From an uncultured Planctomycetaceae bacterium (GTDB lineage: Bacteria; Planctomycetota; Planctomycetia; Planctomycetales; Planctomycetaceae): a DNA stretch of 64,000 nt. Under the pieces are notes generated by a model. The model searched no databases and was not told where the DNA came from. It saw only the letters and a list, made by a program, of their open reading frames with translations. The position numbers and the translations under genes were made by a program. Of this stretch, positions 1-10,119 are shown piece by piece. Numbering within the stretch: position 1 is the first letter of the stretch; every line of letters begins with the position of its first letter. The stretch covers positions 96,001 through 160,000 of the forward strand of contig CAWFGE010000010.1 of assembly GCA_963815195.1 (NCBI GenBank), given 5' to 3'.

Positions 1-542
1 CGAAGCGATCTGTGGCGACGATTCCCATCGGGTCCGCGGTCGACCATTGGTATGTCCCCGTCGCCGATCCGAGCCGGACTTACGAACTGCAAGTCGGCTA
101 CGAAACCGCGAAGGGGCAATTCTTCCTGTTGGCCCGTTCCACGCCGGTGAAACTTCCGTTGCCCGGAACGCCCCTGGCGCGGAAGTACGACGAGCAGCGG
201 CACGAAATCGCCCCGCAAGGCTGGGCCGGCGATCCGGGCCACCGGTTTCCGATTCGCGGTTCGGCCGCGTTTCGTTTTGCGGACGCGGTGTCTTTGGAGG
301 TGGAAGCCGACGTGATGATCACGGGCCAGGTGTCCCCGGACGCCGTGCTGTCCTGCCAGGAATCGGAGGTGCCCGTGGAAGCCGACGGCACGTTTGAAAT
401 CCGCCTGCCGTTGGAAGAAGGCCGCCAAGTGATCCCGCTGGAAGCGGTCGCGGCCGACGGGTCCCAAAGCCAAACCGTGATCCTGGCGATCGAGCGAAAC
501 ACCAAAACCCTGGAACCGCAGCCACTCAACGAGTGGGAATAA
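1..542 (+). CDS. DUF4912 domain protein, 5'-truncated by the window edge
   Basis: WYVPVADPSRTYELQVGYETAKGQFFLLARS resembles the DUF4912 C-terminal motif, followed by an Ig-like tail (V-ADGTFEIRLPLEEGRQVIP); frame is open to the window start. Confidence 0.7.
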   Translation, partial: KRSVATIPIGSAVDHWYVPVADPSRTYELQVGYETAKGQFFLLARSTPVKLPLPGTPLARKYDEQRHEIAPQGWAGDPGHRFPIRGSAAFRFADAVSLEVEADVMITGQVSPDAVLSCQESEVPVEADGTFEIRLPLEEGRQVIPLEAVAADGSQSQTVILAIERNTKTLEPQPLNEWE

Positions 543-578
543 GGCGAGCGGACCAACCTGCGGCCGGTGCCCGCGTAA
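543..578. repeat. REP-like element family A, copy 1 (GGCGAGCGGACCAACCTGCGGCCGGTGCCCGCGTAA)
   Basis: 34/36 identical to 15322-15357; starts right after the stop codon at 540-542. Confidence 0.8.
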
Positions 579-952
579 TGCCTCAAAAGTTTGCGCAGAC
601 TTGTCTCGCATTTGACCCGCATTTCGACGGGATTCTCTATCATTGTGAACCACCAGGGGCCCCCGCTCGCCTTTGCATTCGGCACAGTCCGCCAAACCGC
701 TCCAACCGTCGCGCCCGCAAACTTCCCTGTGTTTATCAATCTTTCCGGGCCGGCAAAGTCTGTTCAGAAACTTTGCCGATTGAATAATAAATGCGGGCGA
801 TGAATTCATCGCCTAGGAGCAAGCACAAATCTCGCGCGACGGATCGTTCATGCCAGTCTCAACGTTGGCGAGCGGCTAGGGCGCTTCGACGAATGAAACG
901 TTCTCTTCGCGAGCCGACTGAGCAAAACCCCGTTGAAAGGTTCAAAGCTCTT

Positions 953-1288
953 ATGGCGAACGACGTGAATCCGGCCCCCGACACCCTCGTGGTGGACCGC
1001 CGATCCGAGGACCGCCGCACCTCGGATCGACGCACCAAAAACGACCCCCAACAAGTCACCACCGAACGCCGCGTCGCACCACGGCGAAAAGTGGAACGCC
1101 GGCGGCAAATCGACCCCACAACCTGCGAACGCGATTACTCCGGCGATGAGATCGAATTTATGAAGGCCATGGACGAATACAAGCGGCAAAGCGGCCGGCA
1201 GTTCCCCACGTGGAGCGAAGTTTTGGAGGTCATCCGCAGCCTGGGCTATCGGAAGGTGGCCGAACCCACGCAGATTTTCAAATCCTAA
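953..1288 (+). CDS. Conserved planctomycete small protein ([14 protein letters not shown]...[10 protein letters not shown]) with Arg-rich DRR/ERR repeats
   Basis: ORF 791..1288; the ATG at 953 is the likely start; C-terminal motif is typical of a planctomycete hypothetical family. Confidence 0.75.
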   Translation: MANDVNPAPDTLVVDRRSEDRRTSDRRTKNDPQQVTTERRVAPRRKVERRRQIDPTTCERDYSGDEIEFMKAMDEYKRQSGRQFPTWSEVLEVIRSLGYRKVAEPTQIFKS

Positions 1289-1350
1289 ACCCCACAAACC
1301 ACGCGAAAAGAAACCGAGACGAGACGCAACGCAACGAAAACCCTTGGGAA

Positions 1351-1394
1351 AAAATCCCCCGCCGGCAGGACGCCTGCGGGGGATTTTGTTTTTC
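1351..1394 (+). terminator. Intrinsic terminator, possibly bidirectional
   Basis: AAAATCCCCCGC...GCGGGGGATTTT inverted repeat followed by GTTTTT. Confidence 0.75.
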
Positions 1395-1622
1395 CCGCGT
1401 TCGATTTGGTCCATCAAGACAAATCGAGCCACAAGCATACCTCGAAATGACCCGCCCGCCAAAAATCGAAAGTTTTTTGAAGACCGATTGCGAACCCTTG
1501 GAAAATTGTTATGGTGAAATGAAGAAGCGAAAACTTCTGAAACATTCATACGGAGAATTCCCTACCGGAAATGGGAGAACCGGGTTTGGGGGTGCTTCGT
1601 AATTTCCCAAGGGACCATCCCC

Positions 1623-2018
1623 ATGACGATCAGCAGCAAGCAAGCCCCGCGGTTGCGTTATCACCCGAGCGCCTATCGTTTTGTCTCCGCGGCCCTGCCT
1701 TATGCTCAAAAAATTCTCAGCCGCACCTACACGGTCGGCGTGGATGATGACAGCGCCCACATCACCGGCCCCGAACTCCTCGAAGGCATCCGCCGGTTCG
1801 CGATCGAAAACTTCGGGCTGTTGACGCTCGCCGTGTTTCGCCGCTGGGGCATCCGCGCCACCGACGACTTCGGACGGATCGTGTTTGAACTGATCGACCG
1901 CGGCGAGATGCGGAAGACCGACCGCGATCAGCTCAGCGATTTCTTCGGCGTCTACGATTTCGAAGACGTGTTCGACCGGGATTATCACATCGACACCAGC
2001 CGGGCCTTCCCCAAGTGA
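1623..2018 (+). CDS. Minf_1886 / TIGR04138 family protein (Verrucomicrobia/Planctomycetes-restricted)
   Basis: RYHPSAYRFV...HITGPELLEGIR...FGLL...WGIRATDDFGRIVFELI...DF..VYDF signature. Confidence 0.85.
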   Translation: MTISSKQAPRLRYHPSAYRFVSAALPYAQKILSRTYTVGVDDDSAHITGPELLEGIRRFAIENFGLLTLAVFRRWGIRATDDFGRIVFELIDRGEMRKTDRDQLSDFFGVYDFEDVFDRDYHIDTSRAFPK

Positions 2019-2048
2019 CGGGGCAGGTCTCTGCAAAGGAATGATGGC

Positions 2049-2537
2049 TTGACCGCAAAACAGAAATCGCCCGCGGACGCGCCCCCCTCGGCAAATGATG
2101 AGCAAGTTTCCGCTTCGCCGCCCTCCAAGTCCCGCGGGCGGCTGATCTTCGCGGCGGGTTTTGCCGGGCTTTGGGTTTTGGGGTTGATCGTGCTCGCGAT
2201 GCTGACCGCCAATCCGGTCACGCTCAATCGACAGCAAATCCTCGGCTCGGATTACGTCGCCACCGCCGTCCGGAAGGACGCGGACTCCCCCGTGCTCGAA
2301 GTCCAGAAGGAATGGAAGCACGGGGAGAAACTCGGCGAGATCACGATCACGAATTTGAGCGACATCGACATGCCGGCCGGGCGGGAGTTTCTTGTCCCGC
2401 TGGAGCAGATGGGCCGGAATCGCTTCCTGGTGACGCCCACCGCACTTCCCAACAAGGCCCCCCTCATCTATCCCGCCACGCCGGAGTCCAAAGCGCAGCT
2501 CAAAGACATTCTCGGTCAGCGCGAAACGGCCGAATGA
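2049..2537 (+). CDS. Hypothetical membrane-anchored protein
   Basis: 162-aa ORF with one hydrophobic segment (LIFAAGFAGLWVLGLIVLAML); co-directional with the upstream gene. Confidence 0.65.
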   Translation: MTAKQKSPADAPPSANDEQVSASPPSKSRGRLIFAAGFAGLWVLGLIVLAMLTANPVTLNRQQILGSDYVATAVRKDADSPVLEVQKEWKHGEKLGEITITNLSDIDMPAGREFLVPLEQMGRNRFLVTPTALPNKAPLIYPATPESKAQLKDILGQRETAE

Positions 2538-2544
2538 TGCAAAA

Positions 2545-2574
2545 GTGAGCGGCTAGGCGCTAGCCGCCGGTCTT
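2545..2574. repeat. REP-like element family B, single copy (GTGAGCGGCTAGGCGCTAGCCGCCGGTCTT)
   Basis: 28/30 identical to the unit at 29442-29549; lies between convergent genes. Confidence 0.8.
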
Positions 2575-2638
2575 CGTTTCGAGACTCCGTTCACCAATGC
2601 CGAACCCAGCGGCTCGCTTTTTTAAACACGTTCGGCCA

Positions 2639-4111
2639 TCACGCCAGGATGTCTTTGACGACCCGGCCGTGCACGTCGGTCAGGCGGAAATCCCGGCCCT
2701 GGAAACGGTAGGTCAGGCGTTCGTGGTTGATGCCGAGACAGTGCAGGATCGTGGCGTTGAGGTCGTGAATGTGCACGGGGTTTTCGGTGATGTTGTAGCT
2801 GAAGTCGTCCGTCTCGCCATAGACCTGGCCACCTTTGACGCCGCCGCCGGCCATCCACACGCTAAAGCAGCGCGGATGATGATCGCGGCCGTAGTTGTTT
2901 TTGGTGAGCTTGCCTTGGCAGTAAATCGTACGGCCGAACTCGCCGCCCCAAATCACGAGGGTGTCTTCCAAAAGCCCGCGCTGCTTGAGGTCGGTCAGAA
3001 GCGCTGCGGACGGTTGGTCCACATCGCCGCATTGGAAGCGAATGTCCCGCGGCAAACTCCCGTGCTGATCCCAGCCGCGAATGAAGATTTGCACGAACGG
3101 CACGTCCCGCTCCGCGAGCCGGCGGGCCAACAGACAATTGGCCGCGAAGGTGCCGGGCTTGGTCACTTCGGGGCCGTACATGTCCAGCGTGGCTTTTGTC
3201 TCACCGGAAAGATCCATCAACTCCGGCACCGAAGACTGCATGCGGTAGGCCATCTCGTACTGGGCGATGCGGGTCATAATCTCCGGATCGCCCACGGCCT
3301 CGTATTCCTTCTGGTTGAGCTGATTGAGGGCATCGAGCATTTTCCGGCGGTTCGTGCCGGAGACGCCCGGCGGATCGGACAGATACAGCACCGGATCGCC
3401 CGTCGATCTTAAACTCACTCCCTGATGTTTCGAGGGCAAAAACCCGCTGCCCCAGAGCCTGGCATAAAGCGCCTGGGCATCCCGCTTGGCGCTCCAGGTG
3501 GAATGCAGGACGACGAACGCAGGCAGGTTTTTGTTTTCCTGTCCCAAGCCGTAAGACAACCAGGCCCCCATGCTGGGCCGGCCCGGTTGTTGGGCCCCGG
3601 TTTGGATGTAGGTGATCGCGGGGTCGTGGTTGATGGCTTCGGTGTTGACGGTTTTGATAATCGCCATGTCATCGACGCACTTCGCCGTGTGAGGCAAAAG
3701 CTCGCTGACCCAGGCCCCGCTTTGGCCGTGCTGCGCGAACTTGAACATCGTGGGGGCGATCGGAAACCGCTTCTGTCCGGAGGTCATCGTCGTCAGCCGC
3801 TGCCCCTGCCGGATCGAATCCGGCAAGTCCTTGTCGAACCATTCCTGCATCTTGGGTTTGTAGTCGTACAAATCCAACTGCGAAGGTGCCCCCGACATAA
3901 ACAGGTAAATCACCCGCTTGGCGGTCGGCGGAAAGTGCGTGGATTTCAAAATCCCGCCGCGGCCTTCGAGTGATGTTTCGGCGGTGGGGGTCGCGCCAAA
4001 AAGCTTCGGATTCAAAAGCGAAGCCAAAGCCGCGGTGCCGATGCCGGTCGCGGTCTTGCCGAAAAAATGCCTGCGGGTTTGGAGCAGCGCGGGGTCGTGT
4101 GAGCGAATCAT
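2639..4111 (-). CDS. DUF1501 family protein (sulfatase-like fold, Tat-like TRRHFF leader)
   Basis: [59 protein letters not shown] motifs. Confidence 0.93.
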   Translation of the reverse strand: MIRSHDPALLQTRRHFFGKTATGIGTAALASLLNPKLFGATPTAETSLEGRGGILKSTHFPPTAKRVIYLFMSGAPSQLDLYDYKPKMQEWFDKDLPDSIRQGQRLTTMTSGQKRFPIAPTMFKFAQHGQSGAWVSELLPHTAKCVDDMAIIKTVNTEAINHDPAITYIQTGAQQPGRPSMGAWLSYGLGQENKNLPAFVVLHSTWSAKRDAQALYARLWGSGFLPSKHQGVSLRSTGDPVLYLSDPPGVSGTNRRKMLDALNQLNQKEYEAVGDPEIMTRIAQYEMAYRMQSSVPELMDLSGETKATLDMYGPEVTKPGTFAANCLLARRLAERDVPFVQIFIRGWDQHGSLPRDIRFQCGDVDQPSAALLTDLKQRGLLEDTLVIWGGEFGRTIYCQGKLTKNNYGRDHHPRCFSVWMAGGGVKGGQVYGETDDFSYNITENPVHIHDLNATILHCLGINHERLTYRFQGRDFRLTDVHGRVVKDILA

Positions 4112-4134
4112 CAATCGGTCCTCTGTCGTGATTT

Positions 4135-4881
4135 CTATTGGAGTAGGCACATTGTCAGGATATTTCCAGATTCCAGAGACCGCTTGGCGAGGTTGGCCAG
4201 GTCCGTAATCAAATCCGCCGCCGCGTCTTGGTCGTACTCAGCAACGGGAAAGGCGTCCGCTTGTTGCCAGGAAGCGCCAAGGGCGTCGCTGGTTTCCTGC
4301 GAAAGAGCCGCAAGAGCCTTTTGAAAACGGCTCGGAACATTCATCAGCAAAACGACGTCAAGACCCTCGGGATAGATTTCGGCAATCACCGAAAACTCCG
4401 ACTTCACGATTTCCGGTGAAGTCTCCATGAGCAGGCCGTAAAGAGCGAACAGGCTGTCGGCGTCCAGATCGGGAAGCTCCACCCGCTCATCCCAATCGAA
4501 CGGGTCATCGATTTCGCCGATGCGCTCCGCCGGAACGCTGACGAACACCGTATACTCTGCTGCCGCCAACTCCATCCGCGCCCACTCGAAACGGGTTTTC
4601 CATTCATCCGTGCCCGCGGCATAAGAAAGAAACGCCGCGACGACTGCGGTCTTCGTCGGTGTTTCGGCGACGCCAAAGTGTTCCTCAACCGAGCCGTCCT
4701 GGTATTCAAGAAGCATTCCCTCGTCGGGATCGACCATGGCCTGAATGTAAGTCTCGTCGTCTTTCTTGAGGATGGCAAACTGCTCCTCGTCGAGCGTGGA
4801 CACCTCGCGTTCGATCGTCGTTGCATCCGGCTCGCGGAAGACGCGTTCGTCATTGATGTTAAGTTCCATAGGTTTGGCCAT
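4135..4881 (-). CDS. Acidic hypothetical protein located between the DUF1553 and DUF1501 genes
   Basis: 248-aa ORF, 6 nt from the upstream stop and 23 nt from the downstream start. Confidence 0.7.
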   Translation of the reverse strand: MAKPMELNINDERVFREPDATTIEREVSTLDEEQFAILKKDDETYIQAMVDPDEGMLLEYQDGSVEEHFGVAETPTKTAVVAAFLSYAAGTDEWKTRFEWARMELAAAEYTVFVSVPAERIGEIDDPFDWDERVELPDLDADSLFALYGLLMETSPEIVKSEFSVIAEIYPEGLDVVLLMNVPSRFQKALAALSQETSDALGASWQQADAFPVAEYDQDAAADLITDLANLAKRSLESGNILTMCLLQ

Positions 4882-4887
4882 CCCGGA

Positions 4888-7800
4888 TTACCCCTTGGTG
4901 ACGGTTTCATCGAGGTTCAACAGCACGCTGCCGATCATGGTCCACGCGGCGTGCTCGGCGGGATCGAGTTCCATGTTCCGCGGGGAATCGCCCACGGAAA
5001 TCAATTTCATCGCAGCTTCGGCATCTTTGCGGTACGTTTGCAGTTGGTCCTCATAAAGTTTTAAGAGCACGGCCGACTCGTCTTTGGTCGGATAACGGGC
5101 GGTGGCGAGGCGGAAGCCGTGGGCGATCCGCTCTTCCGGCGTGTCGCCGCCAGAGGTCATCAATCGTTCCCCCAAATGCCGGGCCGCCTCGACGAACTGG
5201 ATGTCGTTCATCAGCACCAACGCCTGGAGCGGCGTGTTGGTCCTGGCCCGGCGGACGGTGCACGCCTCCCGGCTCGGGGCGTCGAAGGTGCTCATCGAAG
5301 GCGGCGGCGAGGTGCGTTTCCAGAACGTGTAAACGCTCCGGCGGTAAAGGGCGTTGCCCGCGTCCTTCTTGAAGTTCGCCGTGTTGCTGCTGGTATAACC
5401 GACCGCTTTCCAAAGCCCCGGCGGCTGGTACGGTTTGACGCTCTTGCCGCCGACTTTCTCGACGAGCAAACCGCTGATGGCCAGGGCATTGTCGCGAATC
5501 TCCTCGGCATCCAACCGAAACCTCGGCCCTCTCGCCAAGAGACGATTCTCCGGATCGCCGGCCGCGAGTTTCGGCGAGACCAGCGAGTTTTGCCGGTACG
5601 TGTGCGACATCACGATCAGCTTTTGCATGTGCTTGATGTTCCAGCCGCTGTCGATGAACTCCGTCGCCAGCCAATCCAAAAGAGCCGGATGCGACGGCCA
5701 TTCGCCCTGGGAGCCGAAGTCCTCGGCGGTTTTGACAATCCCGGTGCCGAAGAACCGCTGCCAATACCGGTTGACCGTGACACGGGCCGTCAACGGATGC
5801 TTGGGATCGACGAGCCATCTCGCCAAAGCCAAGCGGTTGGGCGGGGCATCTTTCGGCAAGGCCGGCAAGACCGAGGGCACGCCTGGTTCGACCTTCTGCG
5901 ACTTGTCCGGCTGATCGTATTGGCCCCGCGTGAGCACATACGTCTCCCGCTTGTTGGGCTGTTCGGCCATGATCATCGTGCTCGCCATCGACTTTCGCAG
6001 CGAATCGAGTTCGGCTTCGATCTCGGCGATGTCTTTCCGCAAGGGTGCGAACAGCGGCTGGCTGTCGACGTGGACGTTCTCGATGAAATAGGCCTGGAGC
6101 GTTTGCTGTTGGTCTTTGCTGCGTTTTTCGGGTTCGACTTTGAGAGCCGCCTCGACGTCGGCGGAAAGGTTGGGATTCTTGGCCGCTTTCTGGGCGGCTT
6201 CCCAAGCCAGGAGGGATTGATAGCCCTGCCCCGATTGGGGGGTCTTGGTCACGATCCCCGCGTGGTCCCAATACACGGTGCCGTCGTGCTGCGTGAAGGC
6301 CCAGCCGTTGATCGTCTCGCCGGGTTTCAAACCGACCTCCGCGGCCGCGACTTCCAATCGCACCCATTTGCCCGCTTCGGGAAGCGTTCCGACAGCATGC
6401 CGGCTGGGCGTGTTCGCGGCGCCCCAGGGAATCACATCCTCGCCCCAAATCGCCCGGTGCTCCCAACTGCCGTTGTTGAATTGCAGCATGACTTCCTTGG
6501 GCGGGTTCTTGGGATCGAGCCAAACGTACGCAAACAGCTTGTCGCCTTCGCCGACTTTCAAGCCGGGGTTGGCATTGGTGAAAAAGTGCTGCGTCAATCC
6601 GTTGGATGTGCGAACCGAGGACTTGATGCCGGCGTAAACCGGAGCCTTGGGCGCGGTCACGAACTTCCAGCTTTTTTTCGGGCCTTCGTTTCCCGCCGGC
6701 TGTGCGCCGCTGGGCAAGTCATCTTCGATCCACACAAAATCCCGCGGCTCCCCGGAAATGGCCGGGGCATCGTCCGGCTCCTCGTATTTCACCTCGGCGG
6801 CCCGTTGTTTGATCTTCCCGCGAATCGCCGCGATCTGGTTCTGGAGTTCCGTTTCCTTTTGAAGATCTTCTTCAGACGCCACCTTGATGACCGGCGGCGG
6901 CAAAAGGGCGTTGCCGTCCATCGCATTGTCGGCGGTGTTATTGAAGTACGCATACAGACTGTAAAATTCCTGCTGCGAGATCGGGTCGAACTTGTGCTCG
7001 TGACACACCGCGCAACCGACCGTCAGACCCATCCACACCGTCGCGGTGGTCTCGGTGCGGTCGATCGCATACCGCACGCGATATTCCTCCGCGATCGAAC
7101 CACCCTCGCTCGTCGTCACGTTGCAGCGGTTGAAGCCCGTCGCGATTTTCTGATCGAGCGTGGCGCTCGGCAGCAAATCGCCCGCCAACTGCTCCACGGT
7201 GAACTGATCGAAAGGCTTGTTGTTGTTGAAGGAGTCCATGACCCAATTCCGGTAAGGCCACAGCGAGCGTTCGTTGTCCAGGTGCAAGCCGTGCGTGTCC
7301 CCATACCGGGCCGCGTCCAACCAATACCGGGCCAGATGCTCTCCATACCGCGGCGACCTGAGCAGCCGATCCACCACTTTTTCATAAGCATCGGGAGAGT
7401 CGTCGGCGAGAAAGTCATCGATCTCCTTCAGCGTCGGCGGCAACCCGGTCAAATCAAACGTCACCCGCCGAATGAGGGCGGTCTTCGATGCTTCCTGGGC
7501 CGGCTGGAGGCCTTCTTTTTCCAGGCGGGCGTAGACGAACTGGTCGATCGGATTGCGGACCTTCTCCGGCCATTTGGTTTTCGGGGGCTGTTGATGTTCC
7601 GGAGAAATAAACGCCCAATGCCCGCGCCATTCGGCTCCCTGGTCGATCCAGCGGCCGATGAGTTCGATCTCCTTCGCGGAAAGCTCCTTGCCGCTGTCGG
7701 CCGGCGGCATGCGGAGGGAGGAATCGCTCTGTGTGATCCGCTGATAGAGTTGGCTCTGTTTGCGGTCGCCGGGCACGATCGCGCGGCCGCCGGATTCCAG

Positions 7801-8010
7801 CTCGGCAAACGCGGCGTCTTTCTGATCGAACCGCAATTTGGTTTGCCGGGCTTTCGTATCGGGGCCGTGGCATTGGTAGCAGGTATTGGACAACAGCGGC
7901 CGAATGTCGCGGTTAAAGTCCACCTTGTCCTGGGCAAGAGCTGGAACGCCGGTCGCGAGCAGGATCGCCAAAGCCCAGCGCATCCCGCGCGGCACGTCGA
8001 GACATTGCAT
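4888..8010 (-). CDS. Planctomycete cytochrome c / DUF1549 / DUF1553 (PSD1) protein
   Basis: VDFNRDIRPLLSNTCYQCHGPD, NPIDQFV, RYGEHLARYWLDAARYGDT, CAVCHEHKFDP, PSHPALLDWLA, TNTPLQALVLMN; start could be 7983. Confidence 0.95.
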   Translation of the reverse strand: MQCLDVPRGMRWALAILLATGVPALAQDKVDFNRDIRPLLSNTCYQCHGPDTKARQTKLRFDQKDAAFAELESGGRAIVPGDRKQSQLYQRITQSDSSLRMPPADSGKELSAKEIELIGRWIDQGAEWRGHWAFISPEHQQPPKTKWPEKVRNPIDQFVYARLEKEGLQPAQEASKTALIRRVTFDLTGLPPTLKEIDDFLADDSPDAYEKVVDRLLRSPRYGEHLARYWLDAARYGDTHGLHLDNERSLWPYRNWVMDSFNNNKPFDQFTVEQLAGDLLPSATLDQKIATGFNRCNVTTSEGGSIAEEYRVRYAIDRTETTATVWMGLTVGCAVCHEHKFDPISQQEFYSLYAYFNNTADNAMDGNALLPPPVIKVASEEDLQKETELQNQIAAIRGKIKQRAAEVKYEEPDDAPAISGEPRDFVWIEDDLPSGAQPAGNEGPKKSWKFVTAPKAPVYAGIKSSVRTSNGLTQHFFTNANPGLKVGEGDKLFAYVWLDPKNPPKEVMLQFNNGSWEHRAIWGEDVIPWGAANTPSRHAVGTLPEAGKWVRLEVAAAEVGLKPGETINGWAFTQHDGTVYWDHAGIVTKTPQSGQGYQSLLAWEAAQKAAKNPNLSADVEAALKVEPEKRSKDQQQTLQAYFIENVHVDSQPLFAPLRKDIAEIEAELDSLRKSMASTMIMAEQPNKRETYVLTRGQYDQPDKSQKVEPGVPSVLPALPKDAPPNRLALARWLVDPKHPLTARVTVNRYWQRFFGTGIVKTAEDFGSQGEWPSHPALLDWLATEFIDSGWNIKHMQKLIVMSHTYRQNSLVSPKLAAGDPENRLLARGPRFRLDAEEIRDNALAISGLLVEKVGGKSVKPYQPPGLWKAVGYTSSNTANFKKDAGNALYRRSVYTFWKRTSPPPSMSTFDAPSREACTVRRARTNTPLQALVLMNDIQFVEAARHLGERLMTSGGDTPEERIAHGFRLATARYPTKDESAVLLKLYEDQLQTYRKDAEAAMKLISVGDSPRNMELDPAEHAAWTMIGSVLLNLDETVTKG

Positions 8011-8123
8011 TCAAGACACCTCGGATTTTTTTCGTTCACAGCGGTTGTTTTGGAAACGTATCAACACATTTCAGTTTAACAACCGGGCCCCGCCGAGGTC
8101 GAGCGGTGCGGCCGAATGTTCTC

Positions 8124-9965
8124 TCATTCCGGGGCTTTCGTTTCCCGCAGTGGCGATTTCAAAATCTCGACGGCGGCCGCAATTGTTTTCGGATCACGAG
8201 AGAGTTCGTTGTGGCTGAGTTTGAAGTTCCGCACATCCGGCACGCCGGCGAGTTTCGCGCTCTTGGTCGAAACCACGAGATCCCCTTGCATCACCTCTTC
8301 AGGCAGTTGCAGCTTCTTGAGCTTTCGCAAAGACCGCGCGGTCTCCCGCCTCACGAGCCAGGGAGCATCGGATGATGCGACTTTGCGGATCAACATCCCC
8401 TGGGCCAGTTCGACGCTCTCCCGAAACACCAGCCCGCCCAGAGTGCCGAAGCGGTTCCCCCGCAGGATGGCATACCGGCTGCGGTCGACCTCGCGATCGT
8501 TCAAATAATTCAGGAACAAACTGCCCGGCTGCAGGTCGTGGCGAATTTGCTCCTGCCCGTCGCGGATGACGCTTTCGACCGCTTCGCTGTAGCCTTCCCG
8601 TAACTCTTTCACGAACTGCTTGATCTCGACGACCGGTCGCAGCCGCGCAAGGTCCGAGCCGTGATTCGGCGTGCCTTCGAGGATGATCCGCTGAAAGGAG
8701 CCACCGAGCGCTTCCGCATAATACCGCACCACCAGACCGCCCGCGCTGTGGCACACGAAATCGATCTTCGTCTCGGGCTCGAAATGTCGGGAAACCTCGT
8801 GAAACAACAACGTGCCCATGCGGGACAGGCTGGCGTCGCCGGGATATTGAAAACCCAGAATGCGGTGCCTGCGAAACGCGTCATCGCTGGCAAGCGCCCG
8901 GGCCAGATCGATGTAGCAGCGGGTCAGCGAGGAATCCATTCCATGCACGAGCACGATCACCGGTTCGTTGGCCGTGATGTGCAGGTCGCGGGGTTTGATC
9001 CACTGGTCCGAGCCGGTGTGGTACTCCCACAGGCCGAACTCGGCTCCGCGAACGATGCCGTCGCGGTCGATGCACAACTGCCGCAGCCGGTCCGCGGCGG
9101 TGGGGCGGTTTTTCTTCTCCGCGGCGTTGTCGTTCGAGAGCAGTGCATGGGCCGAGTCGCTGTGCAAATCGCCGCCGGCGTCTTCCGTCAAAACGCCCTG
9201 CCGGAGCACATCCCAGCCCGCCTGGACATCGAACCCGGCATTCCGGCAGAGATGGGCCGCAAACAAATCCGCCTCGTATTCCTGCTGGGGTTCGTAGAGA
9301 AACTCCAGCTTATCGCCGGTGTGCTCGATGCACCGCCGGATCGCCCGCTGCAGCTTGATGATTTCGATCTTCCCCACGGGGTCCAGCTTGGCGATCCGCT
9401 CCAACTTCAACAGCTGATACCGGACCCGGCAATGCTTGCGGACGATGTGCCCCATCTCGTGGGCCAAGACGAACGCCAAGCGGTCCTCGGCGTGGTTTTC
9501 GTGCTTCGTCACCGTTTCGTAAACGGGCCGGCTGAGATACAAATATCCCCCGCCGACGGTCCAGGCCCAATACTCCGGGGTTTCGATGATCGTCAGCGAA
9601 TACTCAAAGTCCGCAGGAGCCGCCGCCGGCAGATGTTTCGCCAGGCGATCGATCACTTTCTGAGCCGATTCCGGCGCCGGCGAACTCTCGAAGGAGCCGA
9701 GCACCTTCCGATGCTCCGCCTTGGCCATTTCCCGTTCGTCTTCCGCCGACAACGGCGTGCGGGCAATGCCCAAGCCGGTGATCCAACCGTAAAAGGCTTC
9801 CCGGGGCTGTTCGGTCCGCCGATCCGGTCCCGCCAGCACCCGCCGATCGATTGCCTGGCGTTCCTTTTCGGGGAATGCCCTGAGATCCACCGCGACGGCC
9901 GGTTGGCAAAGCGAAAGAACGCAAACGATCCAAAACACAAATCGCGAAGTCATCCGGGATCGCAT
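8124..9965 (-). CDS. Secreted M48-type metallopeptidase fused to an alpha/beta-hydrolase domain
   Basis: Signal peptide; LAFVLAHEMGH + EYEADLFA (M48); VLVHGM, DFVCHSAGGLVVR, GTPNHGS, GDLVVS, LSHNEL (lipase-like Ser-Asp-His). Confidence 0.8.
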   Translation of the reverse strand: MRSRMTSRFVFWIVCVLSLCQPAVAVDLRAFPEKERQAIDRRVLAGPDRRTEQPREAFYGWITGLGIARTPLSAEDEREMAKAEHRKVLGSFESSPAPESAQKVIDRLAKHLPAAAPADFEYSLTIIETPEYWAWTVGGGYLYLSRPVYETVTKHENHAEDRLAFVLAHEMGHIVRKHCRVRYQLLKLERIAKLDPVGKIEIIKLQRAIRRCIEHTGDKLEFLYEPQQEYEADLFAAHLCRNAGFDVQAGWDVLRQGVLTEDAGGDLHSDSAHALLSNDNAAEKKNRPTAADRLRQLCIDRDGIVRGAEFGLWEYHTGSDQWIKPRDLHITANEPVIVLVHGMDSSLTRCYIDLARALASDDAFRRHRILGFQYPGDASLSRMGTLLFHEVSRHFEPETKIDFVCHSAGGLVVRYYAEALGGSFQRIILEGTPNHGSDLARLRPVVEIKQFVKELREGYSEAVESVIRDGQEQIRHDLQPGSLFLNYLNDREVDRSRYAILRGNRFGTLGGLVFRESVELAQGMLIRKVASSDAPWLVRRETARSLRKLKKLQLPEEVMQGDLVVSTKSAKLAGVPDVRNFKLSHNELSRDPKTIAAAVEILKSPLRETKAPE

Positions 9966-10119
9966 AAGAACCTCGTTCGATGGAAAGCGCGGATGTGATG
10001 CCAAGGAGAGCCGCGCACGAAGTAAGCGGTAAGGGCGATGCAGTCCGCTTACTTCGTGCGCGGCTCTCGGGCCAACAGTCCTACCTCATTCCACCGCTCG
10101 CCGTTTCGCTTTTTTCGCG

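Noticed and set aside
753..782. sigma28 promoter (CAAAG...GCCGATTG)
   Set aside because: Spacing is 1-2 nt too long and the -10 element is imperfect.
920..950. c-di-GMP-I riboswitch (GCAAA...GAAA...CAAAGC resemblance)
   Set aside because: Only a loose match to one hairpin; the second hairpin with the tetraloop receptor is missing before the start codon.
5119..8079. Long antisense ORFs (986 aa here; also 48367..50676, 31314..32900, 59650..61101, 8661..9998)
   Set aside because: They shadow well-supported genes on the opposite strand, as expected in GC-rich DNA, and show no recognisable motifs.
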